Source of the DNA: an uncultured bacterium
GTDB taxonomy: Bacteria; CSSED10-310; CAZUFC01
Assembly (NCBI GenBank): GCA_964619725.1
Contig: CAZUFC010000027.1
Coordinates: 8,570 to 72,569 of the forward strand
DNA length: 64,000 bases
Direction: 5' to 3'
A program made the position numbers and the translations under genes. Below the pieces are notes generated by a model that did not search any database, was not told the DNA's origin, and saw only the letters and a list, made by a program, of their open reading frames with translations. Below are positions 58,112 through 64,000 of this stretch, piece after piece. Every line of letters starts with the position of its first letter. Positions within the stretch are counted from its first letter, which is position 1.

Positions 58112-58875
58112 CAAAGTGCGGTCCTGAAGCTGATCGAAAAAATTATTGACAGCGGTCTGGGAGTTTTGTCTGAAGAATATGAAATGACATATTTCCCCGG
58201 CGACGATCTTTTTGCGGTACTAACCCGGATTTCTCATACAAAACCTGTTACGAGCGTCCATATCCCCCGCCCCTTCAAGCGATGCTCCCTGCGGCCTTGC
58301 TCAACGTAGCGCTGCTATGTTTCCGCAGTCCTTCAGTCCGCCATGCTTGAATCTGCGGGAATCTGAACGCTCTCACTACGATTTTGTATGAGAAATCCGG
58401 GTTAAGACCGAGAGGATTACCCATCGGGAACCTGACGAGCCAGTTTTGGGCCAACGTATATATGAATCCGTTCGATCATTTCGTCAAGAGGACTTTACGT
58501 TGTCCTGCGTATTTACGTTATGTGGATGATTTTATTCTTTTTTTCGATACAAAAGCTGATTTGTGGTATTGCTTGGAGCAACTGCAGTATTATTTGAGGA
58601 AGTTAAGGTTAAAAATACACGCCGGCGCACATCCCAGGCCTGTAACGGAAGGAATACCTTTTCTCGGATTCGTCGTTTTTCCTCAGAGGAAGCGTTTAAA
58701 ACGAAGAAAGGGAATTTATTATCGTAGAAAACTGAAGGGGATGGCTTCAGAGTATCGTAGGGGCGAGAAGGAATTGGAAGACATTAATGCAAGCGTAAGA
58801 GGATGGATTAACCATGTCAGGTTCGGCAATACGGTCGGATTGAGAAAATCGTTGTTTAAAGACGTGAATTTCTGA
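58112..58875 (+). pseudogene. DGR-type reverse transcriptase remnant (5' half missing, interrupted by a MITE)
   Basis: [34 protein letters not shown], then the MITE, then [19 protein letters not shown]...RYVDDF...IPFLGF. Confidence 0.88.
58223..58402. mobile_element. 180-bp MITE with perfect 21-bp TIRs and flanking TA duplication
   Basis: TIRs acccggatttctcatacaaaa and ttttgtatgagaaatccgggt; TA at 58221-58222 and 58403-58404. Confidence 0.92.
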
Positions 58876-58920
58876 TACGGCACAAAAGGTCTGGAAATAA
58901 AGGCGATGAATTTTCTCTTC

Positions 58921-59018
58921 AGCGCCGGAGGCGCGACTTATGAAAGCCTGGGGTTAAGCGAGCCTGCGAGCGCAACCCCAGGTCATGAATGCAAGAAATA
59001 GAGCTCTGAAGGAGCGCG
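58921..59018. repeat. REP-like palindromic unit
   Basis: gcgccggaggcgc, cctggggtt...aaccccagg and gctctgaaggagc hairpins. Confidence 0.55.
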
Positions 59019-59318
59019 GTAAAACAATGCCCCGGACGGCTAGGAATCATCATAGTTCAATGCCGGTGTTTTTCTTCTTACGGAACCACAAGCGCCTATT
59101 GAATTTATGATATGTCCCGGCATTTTGCAGATGGCGAACTGCCCAAATTGTACCCGCAAAATACCGATATTTGATCAATGCCATTTTTTTCTCTGCACCG
59201 AATAAGCAACATCGTCTTATGAAAAAGTCAGGATTCCGCTTTGCCTTTACTTCGATGTTGTAAGCGGTTACCATTAAAAAGCGAAGGGATTAATTCAAGA
59301 TTCGGAGAGACGAAAAAA

Positions 59319-61058
59319 ATGAAAAACAATATATTTTCAGCAGCCATTGTTCTCATGTCGGTTTGTTTGCCCTGGATCGCCGGGGCCCGGGACGTTCAGG
59401 GCATCCTTTATGAAGTGGAGGGACAGCCGGTCATACGAGTCTGGGGAAATCATTACGACAGGGGATACGCTCAGGGTTATCTCCTGAGCGATGAGGCCAT
59501 GACAATCTTTGAATCTTATATTCTTTTTTACGTCAGTCCCCAGGAATATAATCTTCTCTATACAGTCTATGAGCTCTATTTTGAAGTTCCGGAAGATTTT
59601 ACGAATGAGGCCCAGGGATTTATCGACGGAGCTGCGGCGGCTTTGGATTCGATTTATGTTGAGGCGCTGGAACGGGATTTGACGGCCAGGGACCTGGCAA
59701 TCGGATCGAGTATTCCCGATGTTCGTTTTCTGACGGATAAGATCGGGGCTGATTTCCGGTTATGTGATTTTTATGAAGCGCCGGAAGTGATTCAATGTTC
59801 CAGCCTGACCGGATGGGGAGCGGGTACGGCGAACGATCCTGACGTGAACGGCGACCTGATTCACGGGAGGAACCTGGACTGGAACGATACGCCGCAGCAT
59901 CATTTATCCCGCAACACCATCGTCGTAGCCTCCTATCCGTATGAAACGGATGAACAGCCGTGGTGCTCCATAAGTTTTCCGGGATTATTGGGGACTCTTT
60001 CAGGCATGAATGAAAGCGGGGTGGGCGTGACGCTGAACATGGGCAATCACGGGACAGAGCCGTCCGTGCCGCCGAAATTGACTCCTGTTATGATGTCCAT
60101 GCGGAAGGCGTTGCAATTCAGGGACTTGAACGGAGACGACCTTTGCACGATTGACGACGTGTACGAAGCGATCGATTCTTCGGCGCGGGCCTGGACTTAC
60201 ATCAATCACTGTTTTTCGCCGGTCGTTTTCGGAGATTCAAAAGGCATCTGTTCTCAAGTCGTTGAATCCAATTCTCAGGGAATCGCCGTCAGAATACATT
60301 CAGACGATCCCGATCTTTCCCCCAATTTCCTGGCGGCGACGAATCATCACCGGACGCTTTATCCGCCTGTTTCATGCTGGCGATATGAATTGATCAGCTC
60401 AATGATTATGGAGGATTACCAGGTCGATACGGAGGAGGTCATCTCCATCCTGGAAGCAGTAAGGCAAGGGTCCTACACCATACATAAAATGGTTTTCCGG
60501 CCTTCTTTGAAAGATTTTTTCCTCTCTTACCTGATAGACGATCCGCCCGGCGCTTACACGGAACCGGCTCATATCGAATGGGATGATCTTTTTCCGGAAA
60601 CGCCCTATCCCACCGTAACGGCCGTTCCGACAGAGACGGCTACGCCTTTGCCGACGTCAATTCCAGAACCGACGGCGACTCCGCAGCCCACGGCGACGAA
60701 TATTCCTGATTCGTTGGGCGTTGAATTGATCCTTAATCAGGAACGCTTTACTCCTGGAGACCTGTTCGATCTTCAGGAAAAAACGTTTAATCCCGGAAAC
60801 CAAAGACCGACTTTGCTGTTTTGTATCCTGGAAGTTGTCGGGATTTATTTTTTCCACCCCGACTGGACGGAAGATGTTTCCTGGGAAGAGATTACCCTGG
60901 AACCGGGTATCACGACGCATCCGATCCTGAGTTTCCAATGGCCGAACGTCGAGGATACCCTTGATCATATCCTCTTCTGGGGAGCTATGCTGGAACCGGA
61001 TGCCATGACTCTGCTCGGCGACTATGATTGCGTCGAATGGGGTTACGGGCCGGAGTAA
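59319..61058 (+). CDS. Secreted C45-family (Ntn-hydrolase) peptidase/acyltransferase with P/T linker and '...WGYGP' C-terminal domain
   Basis: WGNHYDRGYAQG, QCSS (nucleophile Cys), HGRNLDW, SGMNESG and ATNH motifs. Confidence 0.82.
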   Translation: MKNNIFSAAIVLMSVCLPWIAGARDVQGILYEVEGQPVIRVWGNHYDRGYAQGYLLSDEAMTIFESYILFYVSPQEYNLLYTVYELYFEVPEDFTNEAQGFIDGAAAALDSIYVEALERDLTARDLAIGSSIPDVRFLTDKIGADFRLCDFYEAPEVIQCSSLTGWGAGTANDPDVNGDLIHGRNLDWNDTPQHHLSRNTIVVASYPYETDEQPWCSISFPGLLGTLSGMNESGVGVTLNMGNHGTEPSVPPKLTPVMMSMRKALQFRDLNGDDLCTIDDVYEAIDSSARAWTYINHCFSPVVFGDSKGICSQVVESNSQGIAVRIHSDDPDLSPNFLAATNHHRTLYPPVSCWRYELISSMIMEDYQVDTEEVISILEAVRQGSYTIHKMVFRPSLKDFFLSYLIDDPPGAYTEPAHIEWDDLFPETPYPTVTAVPTETATPLPTSIPEPTATPQPTATNIPDSLGVELILNQERFTPGDLFDLQEKTFNPGNQRPTLLFCILEVVGIYFFHPDWTEDVSWEEITLEPGITTHPILSFQWPNVEDTLDHILFWGAMLEPDAMTLLGDYDCVEWGYGPE

Positions 61059-61474
61059 CCTTTTGGCGGGGTGTCTCTTTGGAGTATTGAGGGTTATATG
61101 TTAACCCGCTTGGCTGTTTGCTGTTTTTATGGTTGTCGGTGGGTTGATCTCACCCCCCTTTGGCATTAGGATAAGAATGCCGACTTATTAAATTAAGGTA
61201 TTGATTAAGAATGCGTCTATTGAGGTGACGATTTTTCAGAATTTCTCATCATTTTATTTCGATTACGAATCCGATAGCGACCCCGGACTTCCGAAACTGA
61301 CTGTCGAACGTTTTGAAAAAAGTGTAATCCTGGTTTGATCAGTCGTAAAAAATGTAACCTTGAAAAATGTATATATGATCAGAGCCGGAATTATTAAAGC
61401 GAACAAAATGAATTCTGTTGTCCTTTCCGTCCCTTTGGTCCTTTTCGTCCTTTCAAAAAGGATGTGAAATTCTA

Positions 61475-62022
61475 CGGCGCCATTCTGGACGATGAAGTGA
61501 ACGATATCATGGGCTATCAGGATGTTGTTGAATTTGGGTAGGGGCTTTAATATAAAGGGACAAAGGGACAAAGGGACAAAGGGACAAAGGGACCTAAGGG
61601 ACCTAAGGGACCTAAGGGACAGAAGGGACTTTTGGCGCTTAAAATCATTTGGTTAAGCAAAACTTTTATTTGAAAATTAACCTTCTTCAGAAAGATACTG
61701 AATTTTTGGATTGATCTTACCGGGGGTGCAGTTTTTCATAAAACCTTTGACTGATTACAATTTCCATTAAATAAACTGAATTTTACCCAAAATTATCTGT
61801 TTGACGACTTCACCGCCGGCTCTTCATCAATGGCCATTTATTTCTATACCGACATTGACCTGCGATTACCGTAACAAACTGACAAACGTTTTGAAAGAAG
61901 TGCAGCCACGTCATGATCAGTCCCAAAATTCCGTTTATTTTTAGAGACAGTTATTCTTCAGATGCCGGTTTTTGCTTATAGTGATTCATATTCCAGTCGT
62001 CCCTTCTGTCCCTTTGTCCTTT
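61475..62022. repeat. Inverted copy of the 2098-2522 composite plus an extra mirrored arm
   Basis: (aaagggac)5(ctaagggac)3 array at about 61554-61620. The segment 61915-62022 resembles 2304-2445 on the + strand. Confidence 0.82.
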
Positions 62023-62400
62023 AATCAATATAACCCGTACATAAATGAGAGTGATCACGATAAATGATGTAACCCTTTTCAAGCAATTTAAAGGATAAAT
62101 GACAGCCAGGAAGAGGAAAAAAGGGACAATATTACCCGTTTTCCATTACTTATTATTTCACTTTGCAAGTTAAATGGCGGATTAAACACTCTAAACATCA
62201 AACAATTTGTGCCGAAATTTTTTGTTTTACATCAATTATTTTACAAAGTCTCAACCTTTGACTGTTTTTTGAGTTAAATTTAGCGGGCGTTTGAGCGGTC
62301 TCTGAATACGATTAACAAATATTCAGCCGTTATAACCGTGATGTCTCTGGTGCAAATATTCGACAATTACAATGAAAGCTCATTTCATTGGCAAGGCCGA

Positions 62401-63174
62401 TTATCCTGTTCCATCCGCATTCTCTTTTTTATTTTTCAATATTGCCCAGGCTTTAATGTATTTCATAAAGACGCTCATTGCGGCTAAACGGCATATTATC
62501 AGTCCTTCAGTTCCGTCCAGGAAACCTGCTCTCAGGATATATTGTTTTATGAAACGCCAGAGCGGATGTCCTATTATCCGGCTCAAACCTGCTTTTTTAT
62601 TTTTGTCGACTATGTCGCCGGCGGCCCAGGTTGTGTAACGCTCCCATTTTTTGACGTAAGCGTCCAGGTCGCGGCATGTGTAATGAAGCAACCGGCCTTT
62701 TAATACAGAGACCTTGCCGTCGACCAGAAGATCGGCGTGCACGTTTTTTTCCGGGTACCGGGCGTTTGATTTTTTAAAGAACCTGGTGACGTCGTCGCGG
62801 TTCCAGCCGCAATGCTTTATCTCTTTCCCCAGGAAGTGATTCCTTCGATAAATGCGATAGGCTGCCGCCTCCGGTCCTTTCCTCAGTAGTTCCTGTATTT
62901 CTCCCGCCAGTTCGGGCGTAACCCGTTCATCAGCATCCACGATTAGAATCCATTCATGCCGGGTTTGGGGAATGGCCCAGTTTTTCTGAGCGGCCGAGTT
63001 GACGTATTCGTGTTCCAATATGCAATCCGTGTATTCGCGGACGATGGCCAGGGTCCGGTCTGTCGAACCTGAATCGACTACTAGTATTTCATCAGCCCAT
63101 TTCACGGATTCCAGGCAATCACGGATATTAATCTCCTCATTTTTGCAGGGAATCAATGCTGTAATTTTTTTCAC
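62401..63174 (-). CDS. GT2 glycosyltransferase, WaaE/KdtX-like
   Basis: KNEE, VVDSGSTD, QKNWA, VDADE and GFLDGTEG motifs. Confidence 0.88.
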   Translation of the reverse strand: MKKITALIPCKNEEINIRDCLESVKWADEILVVDSGSTDRTLAIVREYTDCILEHEYVNSAAQKNWAIPQTRHEWILIVDADERVTPELAGEIQELLRKGPEAAAYRIYRRNHFLGKEIKHCGWNRDDVTRFFKKSNARYPEKNVHADLLVDGKVSVLKGRLLHYTCRDLDAYVKKWERYTTWAAGDIVDKNKKAGLSRIIGHPLWRFIKQYILRAGFLDGTEGLIICRLAAMSVFMKYIKAWAILKNKKENADGTG

Positions 63175-63414
63175 TCTGCCGGACTCCTCTGGTTCTTTTC
63201 TTTTAACTGCAGGTTAAAATTTTCAGCCGCTTCACCGAATTGAACAACCCGCATTAATTATCCTCAATATGCGCTTCCGGTTCAACAGAAATTATTTCTG
63301 TTTGGTCCTGATGAAATATCGCCTGTAAAAGAATTCCTTCGACAAGTATAATGAAAGTCGCGCGAGAGCTGCTTTTATTATCGCGAATCGCCGTTTTCCG
63401 GAAGGAGATTGACT

Positions 63415-63897
63415 ATGAACCATCCCGTCAAAAAACTGGAATTCCTGGACAGAATTCGTCGATCATATGAGAAGTGGGAGAAGTATATTTCGAATGTCGA
63501 TCGTGAGAAAATGCACGATTCCGGCTTCTGCGGTAAATGGTCCATGAAGGACGTTATTGCGCATATCGCCTGGTATGAAAATGAAATGACGGTTCTGCTC
63601 GGACAGAAAAAATTTGCCGGGTCCGAATATTGGAACCTTTCGCTGAAGGAACGGAATGAAAAGATTTTTCAGGAAAACAAAGATAAAAATATTGAAGAAG
63701 TGTTGAGGAATGCAAAAGATGTTCATGAGCGTTTTATGGAGTTACTGGCGAAAACAAGTGAAAAGGCATTGAACGACCCGGGCTGTTTTCCGGGGATGCC
63801 TGCGGAGTGGCGGCCCTGGGAAGTTATCGCCGGCAATTCTTATGAGCATTACGATTATCATCTGCCGATTAAATTAAGCGATGGCGAGGAAGATTGA
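63415..63897 (+). CDS. DinB/ClbS/DfsB-like four-helix-bundle protein
   Basis: WSMKDVIAHI and NSYEHYDYH motifs. Confidence 0.75.
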   Translation: MNHPVKKLEFLDRIRRSYEKWEKYISNVDREKMHDSGFCGKWSMKDVIAHIAWYENEMTVLLGQKKFAGSEYWNLSLKERNEKIFQENKDKNIEEVLRNAKDVHERFMELLAKTSEKALNDPGCFPGMPAEWRPWEVIAGNSYEHYDYHLPIKLSDGEED

Positions 63898-63946
63898 ACC
63901 CTTTTGCCGAATATTTCAGGACCTGGACGGGCTGACCGATATTATT

Positions 63947-64000
63947 TAGTGCCTGTCCATAAACTCGAATCTCGATTCAAAATTTAATGCTGGACAGCCA
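63947..64000 (+). mobile_element. ~57-bp miniature TIR element (copy 3 of 3, cut by the window edge)
   Basis: Nearly identical to 57932-57985. Confidence 0.8.

Noticed and set aside
57700-59300. Intact diversity-generating retroelement
   Set aside because: The RT is truncated and interrupted. I found no TR/VR pair differing at adenines, no avd and no target gene in the window.
61554-61629. CRISPR array (also considered at 2392-2445 and 22763-22848)
   Set aside because: These are head-to-tail tandem repeats with no unique spacers, and no cas genes are present.

Overview
Bacterial chromosomal window with no rRNA, tRNA or CRISPR array recognised. It is dominated by cell-surface genes: four TMTC-like GT-C/TPR membrane proteins, two beta-helix proteins, a ~2370-aa triple-module FG-GAP protein, a collagen/S74-chaperone protein, a C45 peptidase, a transglutaminase-like pair, GT2 enzymes and a WecB-like epimerase. 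Other genes are a partial CusA, a class III cyclase-NTPase-TPR protein, a RAYT-type HUH transposase, metG, an ATP-grasp/M20 fusion with a GGT, an SbcD-like nuclease and a DpnA-like methyltransferase. The most notable observations are: (1) MetRS carries a C-terminal B3/4 editing-like domain in place of the usual OB fold. (2) An operon encodes a small protein and two atypical V4R proteins behind a structured leader, followed by a cysteine desulfurase and a possible partner. (3) A DUF1573-like gene has an in-frame TGA at a Cys position followed by a hairpin (candidate selenoprotein). (4) A DGR-type reverse transcriptase remnant is split by a 180-bp MITE whose removal restores the frame. (5) Nine GGGGTCAGAGCCC motifs lie around the RAYT gene, several at the edges of orphan gene fragments. 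(6) Two alternative C-terminal modules (an IPTL-CTERM-like tail and a ~115-aa '...WGYGP' domain) follow Pro/Thr linkers. Several MITE-like repeat families fill the intergenic space. All family assignments come from recognising motifs by eye; no database search was run.
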